The notes: generated by a model from the sequence alone, not told the origin. Shown: positions 27,863-38,104, counted from the first letter of the stretch. The stretch is DNA of 64,000 nt from Nitrososphaerota archaeon (GCA_011605725.1 JAAOZP010000009.1:1-64000); one strand, 5' to 3'. Translations and numbers: made by a program.

Positions 27863-30800
27863 ATGCTCCAGAATGAGATTGCAAAACTGTTCGACGGCGA
27901 GTACGAGATGCAGTTGCTTGAGAACAAGGTGTTGGAATTCTGGGAGGAGAACCAGATACCTGAGAAACTCAGGAAGCTGAGGCTAGAGAGAAACATAGGG
28001 AAACTTGGATACGTTGAGGGGCCGCCGACTCTAAACGGTCGCTGCCATGTGGGGCATTCATGGGGCCGGGCGATAAAGGATTTATGGTACAGGTGGAGGT
28101 CGATGCAGGGTTATTACGTGCTTTTCAGAGCAGGCTGGGATACGCAGGGATTACCAGTTGAGATCGAGGCTGAGAAGGAGCTTGGCTTCTCGAACAAGAG
28201 GGAGGCTCTTGAAAGGCTTGGCGAGGAAAGGTTTGTCGCCGAGATTAAGAAGATTCTGAAGAAGTATCATGATGACTGGAGAAGGGTTGACAGGAGGTTC
28301 GGCATGTTCATGGACTATGAGAAGGAGTATCTGACTTACAGGGACGAGTATATTGAGAGAGAGTGGAAGTATCTTGAAAAGGCTTATGAACAGGGGCTCC
28401 TCGGAAAGGGTTACAGGGTTGTAGCTTACTGTCCGAGCTGCCAGACTTCTCTGAGCAACGCTGAAGTTGGCCTGGAGTACAGCATGGTTGAGGACCCGTC
28501 TGTATACTTTAAGGTTAGGCTTGAAACAGGAGAATATGTTTTAGTATGGACTACAATGCCTTTCACAATTGTTACTGACGAGCTTCTAGCAGTAAACCCT
28601 GAGGCGGAGTATGCGAGGGTCAGGGTTGGAGGAGAGGAATGGATAATGGTTGAAGGCCTTGTTGAAACGCTCATGAATAGGCTTGGAATATCCGACTACA
28701 CGGTTGAGGAGACCTTCCCAGGGTCTGAGCTTGAGGGTAAGAAGTATGTTTATCCACTGCTGGATGAGGTTCCATATCAGAGGAGGCTCGAGCAGGAGGA
28801 CAGCAGGATACATAGAATAGTTACTGCGGATTTCGTCGACGTCACCACGGGGACGGGAGTAGTCCACTTGGCGCCTGCTAACGGTGAGGAGGATTTCGAT
28901 GTAGCGCAGAGGATGAGGATACCTGTTTTCTCACCTTTCGACGATGAGGCCAGGTTCACTGAGGATGCAGGCTTCTTCAAAGGGCTTTTCGCAAGAGACG
29001 CAGACCAAGTTGTCCTAGATGTTTTAAACAGGAAGGGCCTCTTAGTCAAGGCGGAGAGAATTGTCCACGAATACCCGTTATGCTGGAGGTCTAAGCATAG
29101 ACTACTATGGCTTGCGAGGACAGAATACTTCTACTGGCTTGACAGGATTATCGATAAACTATTGGAAGCAGCGTCTAAAGTAGAGTATTTCTATAATCCT
29201 CCTAAAAACAGGTTTTTATCCTTTCTAAAGGAGGGGAAGCCTTGGTGCATATCTAGGGAGAGGGTCTGGGGGACACCGCTGCCGATATTCGTCTGCGAGA
29301 AGTGCGGTAGGGAGGAGCTTCTTGCTTCGAGGAAGAAGATCGTTGAACGTGCTGTAAGCCTACCAGACGGGGAGAGCTTTGAGCTTCATAAGCCTTGGAT
29401 AGACAAGGTAAAGGTCAGGTGTGTTTGCGGAGGAATCATGCATAGAGTTCCATTTGTTCTCGACACTTGGCATAATAGTGGGGCTGCACCATACGCTAGT
29501 TTGACTGATGAAGAGTTCGAAGAATTCGTACCTGTAGATTTCCTAGTTGAATCCATAGACCAGACCCGTGGATGGGCATGGTCGCTGCTGGCTGAAAACG
29601 TAATCTTGAGGAATAAGGCGGAAGCACCCTACAAGGCGTTCCTGTTCTATGGTCAAGTTCTGGATGAGAATGGTAATAAGATGAGCAAGAGCCTTGGCAA
29701 CGTTATAAACACTGAAGACGTGGTGACAAAGTATTCAGCCGACCTCTGCAGGTTCTACCTTCTTTGGAAGACGAACCCGCTTGAAAACATTAACTTCAGC
29801 TTTAAAGAGATGATGGAGAGACCATTCCAGGTTTTAAACACGTTCTTCAACCTGGGGAAGCTGCTTAAACAGAACGCTGAGTACGACGGGTTCAACTATG
29901 ACGCGTACAGCCTTGAATGGGCTTTGAAGAAGGGGGTTGTTAAAGACTCGGAGAAATGGCTTCTCTCATGTCTCCAGAGGCTTGTGGAAAAAGTGACAGA
30001 AGGCTTTGAAAACATGAGGATACACGAGTCTGCAAGAGCCCTGGAGAAATTCATCGTTGAAACGCTTAGCAGACAATACGTACCCATGGTTAGGAAGGAT
30101 CTGTGGAGCGACGCGCCGGAGGACCTTGAGCGGAGAATGACGATATACGCTGTACTCTTCCATGTGTTGAACATTGTTAACAGGCTTATGAATCCGTTGA
30201 CGCCTTTCCTTGCTGAAGCCATGCATCAAGGGGTTGTTAGAAGGTTCAGTAGGAACACGGCTGAGTCCATTAACCTTGAGCAATGGCCAGCCCCCGACAG
30301 GAGCCTTCTAAACGATAAGCTTGAGAAGGATTTCGAAAGGATTGATGAAGTGGTCAGCATGGTGAACTGGGCCAGGATGAAGGCTGGGGTGAAAAGAAGA
30401 TGGCCGCTGAAAAGAGCAATACTTGTTCTTAACGAAGAGTATTCTGAAAGTGTCGGTAGAAACATGAATCTGTTCCGCGAGATGATTAACGTTAAAGAGG
30501 TTTCTTTGAAAAACAGCCTGGAGGAAGCGGGTGTCAAGACAAGGGTAAGAATAAACTATTCTACAGCGGGTCCAAAGTTCAGGGGTAAAGCTGGAAAAAT
30601 AGCCAGCCTTGTTTCAACAAGGCCTGAGGAAGTAAGGAGAAGCATCGAGAAAGAGGGAAGATACGTTGTTGAAGCAGACGGAGAAACCTTTGAACTGATT
30701 GCCGGAGACCTTATTTTCGACCAGGAGCCGCCTGCGAACCATGTGTTAGCCACAGGTAAACCAGGCTGCGTGATACTGGATACGGTAAGAACTCCCGAGC

Positions 30801-31072
30801 TTGTTGCAGAAGGATACATGAGAGATGTTGCAAGAAGAATACAGGCGTATAGGAAGGAACTCGGCTTAAACCCGACGGATATTCTGAGAAGCGTAACCGT
30901 ATACGGCGTCGGCGAGGAAGGGTACGAGAGGCTTAGGCCTCTGTTAACAGAGCTTTCAAACCTGGTTAGAGCTGAGAAGGTGGAGGTTAAGAAAGAACCG
31001 CCGGCTGACGTGAGCATATTAAAGGAGTATGACATTGAGGGAGAAAAAATCTACGTGAAAATAGTTAAGTAG
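27863..31072 (+). CDS. ileS: Isoleucyl-tRNA synthetase
   Basis: GPPT..HVGH, GWDTQGLPVE, WTTMPFT, GTGVVH, WCISRERVWG, DQTRGW, KMSKS. Confidence 0.97.
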   Translation: MLQNEIAKLFDGEYEMQLLENKVLEFWEENQIPEKLRKLRLERNIGKLGYVEGPPTLNGRCHVGHSWGRAIKDLWYRWRSMQGYYVLFRAGWDTQGLPVEIEAEKELGFSNKREALERLGEERFVAEIKKILKKYHDDWRRVDRRFGMFMDYEKEYLTYRDEYIEREWKYLEKAYEQGLLGKGYRVVAYCPSCQTSLSNAEVGLEYSMVEDPSVYFKVRLETGEYVLVWTTMPFTIVTDELLAVNPEAEYARVRVGGEEWIMVEGLVETLMNRLGISDYTVEETFPGSELEGKKYVYPLLDEVPYQRRLEQEDSRIHRIVTADFVDVTTGTGVVHLAPANGEEDFDVAQRMRIPVFSPFDDEARFTEDAGFFKGLFARDADQVVLDVLNRKGLLVKAERIVHEYPLCWRSKHRLLWLARTEYFYWLDRIIDKLLEAASKVEYFYNPPKNRFLSFLKEGKPWCISRERVWGTPLPIFVCEKCGREELLASRKKIVERAVSLPDGESFELHKPWIDKVKVRCVCGGIMHRVPFVLDTWHNSGAAPYASLTDEEFEEFVPVDFLVESIDQTRGWAWSLLAENVILRNKAEAPYKAFLFYGQVLDENGNKMSKSLGNVINTEDVVTKYSADLCRFYLLWKTNPLENINFSFKEMMERPFQVLNTFFNLGKLLKQNAEYDGFNYDAYSLEWALKKGVVKDSEKWLLSCLQRLVEKVTEGFENMRIHESARALEKFIVETLSRQYVPMVRKDLWSDAPEDLERRMTIYAVLFHVLNIVNRLMNPLTPFLAEAMHQGVVRRFSRNTAESINLEQWPAPDRSLLNDKLEKDFERIDEVVSMVNWARMKAGVKRRWPLKRAILVLNEEYSESVGRNMNLFREMINVKEVSLKNSLEEAGVKTRVRINYSTAGPKFRGKAGKIASLVSTRPEEVRRSIEKEGRYVVEADGETFELIAGDLIFDQEPPANHVLATGKPGCVILDTVRTPELVAEGYMRDVARRIQAYRKELGLNPTDILRSVTVYGVGEEGYERLRPLLTELSNLVRAEKVEVKKEPPADVSILKEYDIEGEKIYVKIVK

Positions 31073-31136
31073 GAAAACAAGTTTAAAAACATGCTTTCAA
31101 AAAGGTTTATTTTCCCCTTTCATGAAGCCTTTCCAA

Positions 31137-31229
31137 GCTCCGGTGGTGTAGCCCGGTAAGCATACCGGCCTTTCGAGTACATGAGTTGAAGACAGCCGGG
31201 GGTCGCGGGTTCAAATCCCGCCCGGAGCA
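31137..31229 (+). tRNA. tRNA-Glu(UUC) with 18-nt intron at 37/38 (31176-31193)
   Basis: Acceptor GCTCCGG/CCGGAGC; CCGGC-CT TTC G[intron]A-GCCGG; CTTT/GAAG central BHB helix. Confidence 0.95.
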
Positions 31230-31471
31230 CTATTAACTTGAAATCCGTATAATGCTTGGGTCAAGTTTTGTTCCGAAGCGCTGCAAGTTTAACCTATAAA
31301 TGAATTTGCAAATGGTGTTCCTGTTTGCACCGGTAGGTTAGCATGCGAATTATTAGCGTGCGTAATGTTGCAGCGTCCTCCGGGAGACATTATTCTGACA
31401 ATCCGCCAAGAGGCTCGCGCGCTATACTTAAACATTAAAAATCCTAAGCAGTCAATCGGCGGGCTGCTCGT

Positions 31472-33679
31472 TCAAGTCTTTCTACCCGCTTGTAGTATCT
31501 TGCCTATCAGCGACTCGGCGGAGGAAAAGGTTTGGATGGTTTCTCCTTTCAGCGCCATCGGAAAAGCCCAGATGACCAGGTTACTGTAGTAATCACTCCC
31601 CCAAACGGGTCCACCGTCTTCTGCACTAATGAGGCAGTATTGATTCCAAGGGGTTCGATGTCTCAGAGCAATACTCTCGTAAATGCGGCGAACAATTTCT
31701 AAACCTGTCTCCGTGCGACCAGCATAGATCATCGTCATCGCGACACATATGCTTTCGCCTACAAATATCTCTGAAGAATGGGTCTTACCTGAGGTATCCC
31801 GCTTTCCATCAGGTAGACAACCGTTAACAATGCCGCAGTCAGTTGCTTTAAAGTTTAAAGCCTCCACTGAATCTAGAGCGCTCATCGCGTGTTCTGAGAG
31901 AAAAATGCCGTCGAGCCCCACGATCCTTGTGCACCATTCTCCCATCAACTGGTTCGCCAAACAAACCTCGGATACGCGTTTCCCCTCAGGGTCGTTATAA
32001 AGACGGTAATACCGGCCGTTCCAAAGCTTTTCCTCAAAGGCTCTTCTCCCCTGGTCAAACCATACGCGGCAGTCTTTTGCAAAAGCCATGTCGCCAACTT
32101 TTTTCGCCATGTCTTCCGCGATTTTGAGAGTGGCAAGCCAGATTCCTGCTACGTATGCTGATGTGCCATGCCAGGGCCATATGTCGTAGAACTGGTTAGC
32201 AGGCCAGTCTTCGCCTTGAGGAGCATGGGGATGCTCGTTGACGAGGCCATCAGCATCCGTGTCCAAACCTTTTGCAAAGTAGATAGCATCCTTAACTGAA
32301 GGGAAGAATCTTCGCAGAAAAGCCTCGTCACCGGTTCGACAGTAATATCGGTAAACCGTCTGCACGTATTCGGACGAGTTGAGCGGATGCTGACAATAAT
32401 AATGGGGTCTTGTAAAACCGATGGGTTTACCGAAGGAGAATGGGATTTCCCCTGTTTTTAATTGGTAGTGTGCAAAGCCGTTTAGGGTTGTCAACTCTAA
32501 TTCAGGAAAGAAGAATAATATTGGGAAATGGCCGTGGAACCGGCAGACGATGGTTTCAGTTATAGGGCAACCGGTAAAGCTTTCACTATGGGTGAAAAAG
32601 CCCATTGGACCCCACCAATCATCCGGTCTATCACTGTAAATCCATATAGTGTTCTTTGCAAGACTGTAGAGACTGTTGATTAAGGCGTCCTTAAGCCATA
32701 ATGGCAGCTCAGACCGGTAGATAACTTCTTGCCATGCAAGGCTACGTCGAAGCATGTCATCAGAGTTCGCAGCGACGAAACGTGCCACGTCAGCGGGACT
32801 TTTGAATCTTGTTAAGTACCGGTGTTCATGGGGCATACCGTCACTGTCGCGGAAGTAGGGATAAAACCAGGCTAAGACGAAGTTCACATTCGTCTCAGCT
32901 CCAGGCATGATTTTGAAATCAAGTGCTAGGGTTGCACCTGGATGCGTGGCGGAGGCTCTCTGCATCTCCCTGTTAAGGCTTGTCCAAGGAGCTGCTTCTG
33001 TTCCGAGCGCTGCTCCATGTTTAACAGCTGTCCTTGGATGAATAACGCCGATAGCATAGCCTACTTCTTTTCCATGTTTAACTTCAACACCAGCCAGATT
33101 ATCCTCCTTATCTGTTAATTCAATTCTGGTAAACGTTTCGCCTTCATGCGGTGTTGGACCAGGAAAGATTAACGCTAAGCAGCCGGATAAAGGCTTCTCT
33201 CCCGTGTTCGTCAACCATGTCTTGAAGACTATTGCCGGCGTGTTAGACGTTTCAACGTCTCCCGGCACAAAAGGAGTGAAGGCGCGGAGACTAACTTCCA
33301 ACGGCAGGTCGAGGACGTATTGTAAATCTGCAAAAGGATAATGCCCCCAGTAGCATATGTCGGAAACACCTTTTAAACCTTCAGGCGGCTTTAGTGTCAA
33401 GACGCGGATCTCCGAATCCAAGACAAGTGCTAAAAATGGTGAGTTCAACTCGCGGGGTTTTGGCCAAGTGTTAAAAATCGTGCATTTTCCTAAGGTTCCG
33501 TCCGTGTTAAGACTAATGTATCCGGTTCCTAATCCACCCAGTGGCATACCCTCTACAGCTCTGCCTCCTCGGTAAACAACTCCAGCGACTGAATGGGTGA
33601 AACCGTCTGCAGAAAATTCCATGAACCGGCATTCCGGCAGTTCCTTTGGGAATAATAGTTTTCCACGCATTTCTTTCAT
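31472..33679 (-). CDS. GH116 glycoside hydrolase (GBA2/beta-glucosidase or xylosidase-like)
   Basis: GMPLGGLGTG, WGHYP, NQFYDIW, LWNGRYY, NQLMGEW. Confidence 0.9.
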   Translation of the reverse strand: MKEMRGKLLFPKELPECRFMEFSADGFTHSVAGVVYRGGRAVEGMPLGGLGTGYISLNTDGTLGKCTIFNTWPKPRELNSPFLALVLDSEIRVLTLKPPEGLKGVSDICYWGHYPFADLQYVLDLPLEVSLRAFTPFVPGDVETSNTPAIVFKTWLTNTGEKPLSGCLALIFPGPTPHEGETFTRIELTDKEDNLAGVEVKHGKEVGYAIGVIHPRTAVKHGAALGTEAAPWTSLNREMQRASATHPGATLALDFKIMPGAETNVNFVLAWFYPYFRDSDGMPHEHRYLTRFKSPADVARFVAANSDDMLRRSLAWQEVIYRSELPLWLKDALINSLYSLAKNTIWIYSDRPDDWWGPMGFFTHSESFTGCPITETIVCRFHGHFPILFFFPELELTTLNGFAHYQLKTGEIPFSFGKPIGFTRPHYYCQHPLNSSEYVQTVYRYYCRTGDEAFLRRFFPSVKDAIYFAKGLDTDADGLVNEHPHAPQGEDWPANQFYDIWPWHGTSAYVAGIWLATLKIAEDMAKKVGDMAFAKDCRVWFDQGRRAFEEKLWNGRYYRLYNDPEGKRVSEVCLANQLMGEWCTRIVGLDGIFLSEHAMSALDSVEALNFKATDCGIVNGCLPDGKRDTSGKTHSSEIFVGESICVAMTMIYAGRTETGLEIVRRIYESIALRHRTPWNQYCLISAEDGGPVWGSDYYSNLVIWAFPMALKGETIQTFSSAESLIGKILQAGRKT

Positions 33680-34235
33680 AACCTCTTCCTCCTAAACTGT
33701 TTACTAATCAAATGGAGACTGGCTTCTTTAAACTTTGCTGAAGCCCTTTGAACGTGTGTTAATGAAGTATTCATAATGCTAAATTGGTAAAATAATTTAA
33801 TAATTAAACATTTAGCTGAGAGGAGGGTTAATTCACACGCCTCTTCTTCACAGCTACGCGTAGCCAAGTCTCTGGATGGAAAGATGTATGGTATGTTACT
33901 GGCGTGTTAAAGCCAATGCTGCTTTGAATCGGATAGTCAACCCCGTATGTCGATCATAAGTGTTAACTATTTTCAACAGTAGCACAACCCGCCGGATTCT
34001 TCCATCCTAATGTTTAAGCTTTTTAGAGAATTGGCTTTGACGAGAAGCAGACCTCAGGCGCCTGCAGACTATTTCAAAACAGCATACGGCTCTGCTGGGG
34101 AAATCCAGGCTTTGAAACACGTACCGCATTAGCTGGTCTCTATAACCGTAAGTGGAGACAGATAAAAAGCGTCTCTGGACTTCAGACAGCGTGCGAGAAG
34201 GAAGTTCCTCACAATGATTTATTTTTCCAGAGAGG

Positions 34236-34320
34236 TGCGGAGGGTGGGATTTGAACCCACGAACCCCTTCGGGACGAGGTCCTAAGCCTCGCGCGATTGA
34301 CCAGGCTACGCGACCTCCGC
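34236..34320 (-). tRNA. tRNA-Leu(UAG)
   Basis: GCGGAGG/CCTCCGC-A, CGAGG-CT TAG GA-CCTCG, variable arm, GTTCAAATC. Confidence 0.96.
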
Positions 34321-34400
34321 TGGTTAGATTTCCATCAGGCTTCCGGATATAAGTGTTTTTCAGCAAGTTTTTAATTCCAGTAGGCTGTATCTTAGACGGG

Positions 34401-35435
34401 ATGAGAAGCATATTCTTCAGGAATGGGGTGGTTTACGCGCTTGATTCCTCTAAACTGCCTTACAGAGAGAGTTGGCTTAGGCTTACGAATGCCCGTCAAG
34501 TGGCTTCTGCAATAAGGAAAATGCAGATCAGGGGAGCTCCGTTAATCGGGGTTGCTGCAGCCTACGGCCTTGCCTTAGAGGCTCTAAGATACAGGGGGAG
34601 TGATGTTGAAAAACTGAGAAACAGGGTATTGAAAGCCTCGGAGGAGCTTAGGCTCGCTAGGCCTACTGGAAGGAATCTGGGCTGGGCGATAGACAGGTGT
34701 CTTCAAGCAGTGAGGGAAGAAGAAACAGTAAGCGGTTTAAGAAGAAGACTTCTCGAGGAGGCTAATAGTATTGCTGACGAGGATGTTGAGACCAACCTTA
34801 AGATCGCCAGGAATGGTTTGGAATTGGTTAGGGATGGTGACAGGATTCTTACGCATTGCAACACAGGTGGCCTAGGTACTGTAGAGTATGGTACTGCTCT
34901 TGGAATAATAAGGCTAGCGTGGGAAAAGGGAAGAAGGATTTCAGTACTGGCTACTGAAACCAGGCCGTTGCTCCAGGGTGCGAGGCTTACTGCTTGGGAG
35001 CTTAAGAAATACGGGGTTCCTTTTAAACTGATATGTGACTCCATGGCTGGATACGTTATGTCTAGAGGCATGGTTGACAAGGTTCTCGTTGGTGCGGACA
35101 GGATTCTTGTAACAGGCCATGTTGCGAACAAGATTGGGACCCTTACACTAGCGGTTCTGGCGAAGCACTACAACGTGCCTTTTTACGTTGCAGCACCATT
35201 ATCAACTTTCGACCTTACGACTAAGCCTGAGGATATTCCTATTGAGGAAAGAGACTCTGTGGAAGTCACTCATTTTCTCAGCAGGCTTATCACTGTTGAA
35301 GGAGTTGAAGTCATTAACCCCGCGTTCGACATCACGCCTCCTGAACTAATCTCAGGGATAGTTACTGAGAAGGGAGTGATCCAGCCTCCTTATGAAACCA
35401 ATATTCCTAAAGCCTTCTCGGAGAAGGGTCGCTAG
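34401..35435 (+). CDS. mtnA: S-methyl-5-thioribose-1-phosphate isomerase (eIF2B-like family)
   Basis: IRGAPLIG, ARPT, THCNTG, ETRPLLQGARLT, GADRI, ANKIGT, NPAFDITP. Confidence 0.92.
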   Translation: MRSIFFRNGVVYALDSSKLPYRESWLRLTNARQVASAIRKMQIRGAPLIGVAAAYGLALEALRYRGSDVEKLRNRVLKASEELRLARPTGRNLGWAIDRCLQAVREEETVSGLRRRLLEEANSIADEDVETNLKIARNGLELVRDGDRILTHCNTGGLGTVEYGTALGIIRLAWEKGRRISVLATETRPLLQGARLTAWELKKYGVPFKLICDSMAGYVMSRGMVDKVLVGADRILVTGHVANKIGTLTLAVLAKHYNVPFYVAAPLSTFDLTTKPEDIPIEERDSVEVTHFLSRLITVEGVEVINPAFDITPPELISGIVTEKGVIQPPYETNIPKAFSEKGR

Positions 35436-35440
35436 CCTCC

Positions 35441-36988
35441 CTATGCTTGTTCCGCGAGAAGCTGGAAAAGGGGCTTGAGGTGACGGTAAAGAGAAACGTA
35501 GAGGCGGTATTGTTTATCGTAGAGTTTTGAAGCCCAAGGATCCGGGTTTGAAGAATCACCATACTTAACTGTCTCAGCACACGCCTGATTCAGATCCATC
35601 CATAGGCCGCAGGCAATCCCAGCCAGTAGGCAGGAGCCGAAGCAAACATCGTTCGGCTGGGCAGCGCTCACAACGGTTTCTGAGAGAACACTGGCCAGTA
35701 TTTCTCTCCAGAGGCTGCTTCCTGAGCCTCCTCCTCTGAAAACCAGTTTTTCAGGCTTTAACCCGAGGCCTGTTAAAACCTCTTTACAATCCCTGAACGC
35801 GAACGCCACGCCTTCTAAGACAGCCCTAACCATGTGAGTCTTATCATGCGCCAGGTTTAAACCGAAGAAGACGCCTCTTGCAGCAGGGTCGTTGTGAGGA
35901 GTCCTTTCTCCTATCAAGTACGGGAGGAAAACAAGTCCTTCCGAACCCGGGGGCGGCTTAGCAGCCTCCAGGGTTAAAAGATCGTACGCATCTATCCCGC
36001 AGATTTCTGAGAGAAGTTTCTCCTCTTTCCCAAGAGCATCTCTAAACCATCTTAGGGATAAGCCTGCTGAGAGCGTTGAGCCTTGAACAACCCACATGTC
36101 TGGAGCAGCATGGCAGAAAGTATTCGTCCGACCCATCTTGTCCACCACTGGTCTAGCCGTTGGGCTTAGAACCTGGCCTCCAGTACCTATGTTCACCGAC
36201 CAGACTCCTTCACGCACTACGCCGCAGCCGAGCGCCCCAACCATAGAGTCTCCGCCGCCTGTTGCCACAATCGTTCCAGGCCTTAAGCCCAATGTCTCCG
36301 CCGCCTGTCTACTAAGTTCCCCAGCAGCCTCATGCGAACCCTTAATCTCTGGAAGAGCGTCCAGCTCTATGCCTACGATTGACGCTATTTCCTGAGACCA
36401 TTGTCTTCTACGTATGTCGAGAAGCAGTGATCCTGAAGCATCGCTGAAATCAGTGCAGACAACATCAGTCAGCCTCATCCTAATGTAATCCTTTGGAAAT
36501 AGAAGTGTTTTCACAGCCTCCGCGATCCTCGGCTCATTCTGCCTAACCCATAGGAAGCTTACAGCGGCGAAGCCCGTGGACGCCCTGTTTCCAGTTATCT
36601 CTATCAATGCTTCTGCTCCAAGCTCATTCTCAATCTGAATGCGTTGGCTCCTAGTTCTATTGTCAGACCATATTATCGCGGGTCTCAAAACTTCTCCGTA
36701 ACTGTCTAGAAGAACCATTCCATGCATCTGGCCGGAGACACAGATGCTTGAAACAGAGTCCCCGTTGAACCCAGTTCTACTGAGAAGCTCGTGAACAGCC
36801 TCCTTTACGCTATGCCACCATACAGCAGGATCCTGCTCGCACCATCCTGGATGAGGAGACTTAATCGGATATGGCCTACTGGCGTTCAAAACTACTGAAC
36901 CATTGCTGTCGACAAGCATAGCCTTAACGCTTGACGTTCCAAGATCAAGCCCGAGCACAAGAGGAGGCTCCACGCGCCCCATCATCAT
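35441..36988 (-). CDS. xylB: Xylulokinase (FGGY kinase)
   Basis: GLDLGTSSVK, SGQMHG, SDASG, LPYLIGERTP. Confidence 0.88.
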   Translation of the reverse strand: MMMGRVEPPLVLGLDLGTSSVKAMLVDSNGSVVLNASRPYPIKSPHPGWCEQDPAVWWHSVKEAVHELLSRTGFNGDSVSSICVSGQMHGMVLLDSYGEVLRPAIIWSDNRTRSQRIQIENELGAEALIEITGNRASTGFAAVSFLWVRQNEPRIAEAVKTLLFPKDYIRMRLTDVVCTDFSDASGSLLLDIRRRQWSQEIASIVGIELDALPEIKGSHEAAGELSRQAAETLGLRPGTIVATGGGDSMVGALGCGVVREGVWSVNIGTGGQVLSPTARPVVDKMGRTNTFCHAAPDMWVVQGSTLSAGLSLRWFRDALGKEEKLLSEICGIDAYDLLTLEAAKPPPGSEGLVFLPYLIGERTPHNDPAARGVFFGLNLAHDKTHMVRAVLEGVAFAFRDCKEVLTGLGLKPEKLVFRGGGSGSSLWREILASVLSETVVSAAQPNDVCFGSCLLAGIACGLWMDLNQACAETVKYGDSSNPDPWASKLYDKQYRLYVSLYRHLKPLFQLLAEQA

Positions 36989-37008
36989 TATTTATGACAT
37001 ACTAATCT

Positions 37009-37016
37009 TATATAAA
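37009..37016 (-). promoter_or_regulatory. TATA box for xylB (probably leaderless)
   Basis: Minus-strand TTTATATA about 20-27 nt upstream of the ATG run. Confidence 0.5.
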
Positions 37017-37055
37017 GTTAGCAACGTCAAAACTCTGAGGGTAAGGATGCTTCAT

Positions 37056-37162
37056 GCGTCGACTGAGGAGAGCCCCGTGCTCTTCTAAGGGCTGATGGTT
37101 GCAGCGGGAACCCGGTCTGGCAAAACCAGATGAAGAGAAGCAAGTCGACTAGCTGCAAACCT
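37056..37162 (+). ncRNA. Candidate structured RNA A (unassigned)
   Basis: Several complementary segments in an intergenic region; see findings. Confidence 0.25.
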
Positions 37163-37225
37163 AAAACACCGAGTTAATCATAAAATAATGATTCTTCCAC
37201 AGGTAATTAGAAAAACGGCGATGAA

Positions 37226-37299
37226 TGGGCCGAGCCGGACTCGAACCGGCAGCCTCCTGCGCGTCAGGCAGGTGTCCTAGCCATTTAGACGATCGGCCC
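37226..37299 (-). tRNA. tRNA-Val(GAC)
   Basis: GGGCCGA/TCGGCCC-A, CCTGC-CT GAC GC-GCAGG, GTTCGAGTC. Confidence 0.96.
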
Positions 37300-37610
37300 T
37301 ATATCCTAATCCTGTTATTAACAGGAGAGTCATGTTTTAAAGTTTTCCCGTGGGAAGCCCGGGATTTTGAAAGCCCACCGGCAAATTTGAGCTCAATCAA
37401 CCGTATCGAACCGCTATTTTAAGATCCCTCTAGTGTAATCGCTTGAAACTTGGAAGTGTTAGCGCGTTACAACGTGTTGAGAGGGTTAGGCGTGTCTTAA
37501 ATGGGATAATAAGGATGAGAATAACTTTCAACACGTTTATCTAATGGGGAATCTCAATAAGCAGCCAGCTGCGACTTTGAAACAGGGAGCATCATTCATA
37601 ATTAAACCCG

Positions 37611-37751
37611 CTCTGAGGCTCCCGTATTGTCCAAATTAACTTAAGGATAGGCCTCCACCGGTGCCGACTCCATTAGGGAGAAGCAGGTGTGAGAGTGAAA
37701 CTCATAGTGCGCTTGAATACGGGCGTGCACTAATAGTAAGCGGCCTGAGAG
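37611..37751 (+). ncRNA. Candidate pseudoknotted structured RNA B (unassigned)
   Basis: Multi-branch fold with three abutting hairpins and an 8-bp pseudoknot; see findings. Confidence 0.4.
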
Positions 37752-37801
37752 TTCCTACACGGTTTTTCTGGGAAAAGTTTTCAATCCTAAGCTTTTTGCT
37801 G

Positions 37802-38104
37802 CTACTCGAAGAGCGCGCCTAGTCCAGCCATTTCCTCAGCCGGCTTCTTCTCCTCCTTCTTCTCCTCCTTCTTCTCAGCCGGTGCCTGCTGGGCTGCTGG
37901 CGTAGCTGGGGCTACTGGACCTATTGCCAGCGGAGTTGATAATACTTCATCAATATTCACTTTCGAGAGCGAGGAAACCAGTACTTTTATCCTGGCTTCA
38001 TCAGGCTCTATGCCTGCTGCCCTCATTATGGCTTTTATCCTTTCCTCTGTAATCTCCTGCTTTGCGGAATGCAGGAGCAGTGCCGCATGGATGTATTCAG
38101 ACAT
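37802..38104 (-). CDS. rpl12: 50S ribosomal protein P1 (L12)
   Basis: [24 protein letters not shown]. Confidence 0.97.
   Translation of the reverse strand: MSEYIHAALLLHSAKQEITEERIKAIMRAAGIEPDEARIKVLVSSLSKVNIDEVLSTPLAIGPVAPATPAAQQAPAEKKEEKKEEKKPAEEMAGLGALFE

Noticed and set aside
37063-37100. Hammerhead ribozyme (CTGAGGAG followed by a stem)
   Set aside because: The stem is followed by GATG rather than GAAA, and no stem III/UH site is apparent.
19955-37422. ORFs 19955..20188, 34007..34411 and 37225..37422
   Set aside because: They are read-throughs of tRNA genes with no protein motifs.
37611-37751. Moco/FMN riboswitch, RNase P RNA or SRP RNA identity for element B
   Set aside because: Only short motif echoes (CTCCCGTATT, GTGAAA); order, length and the other conserved elements do not fit.
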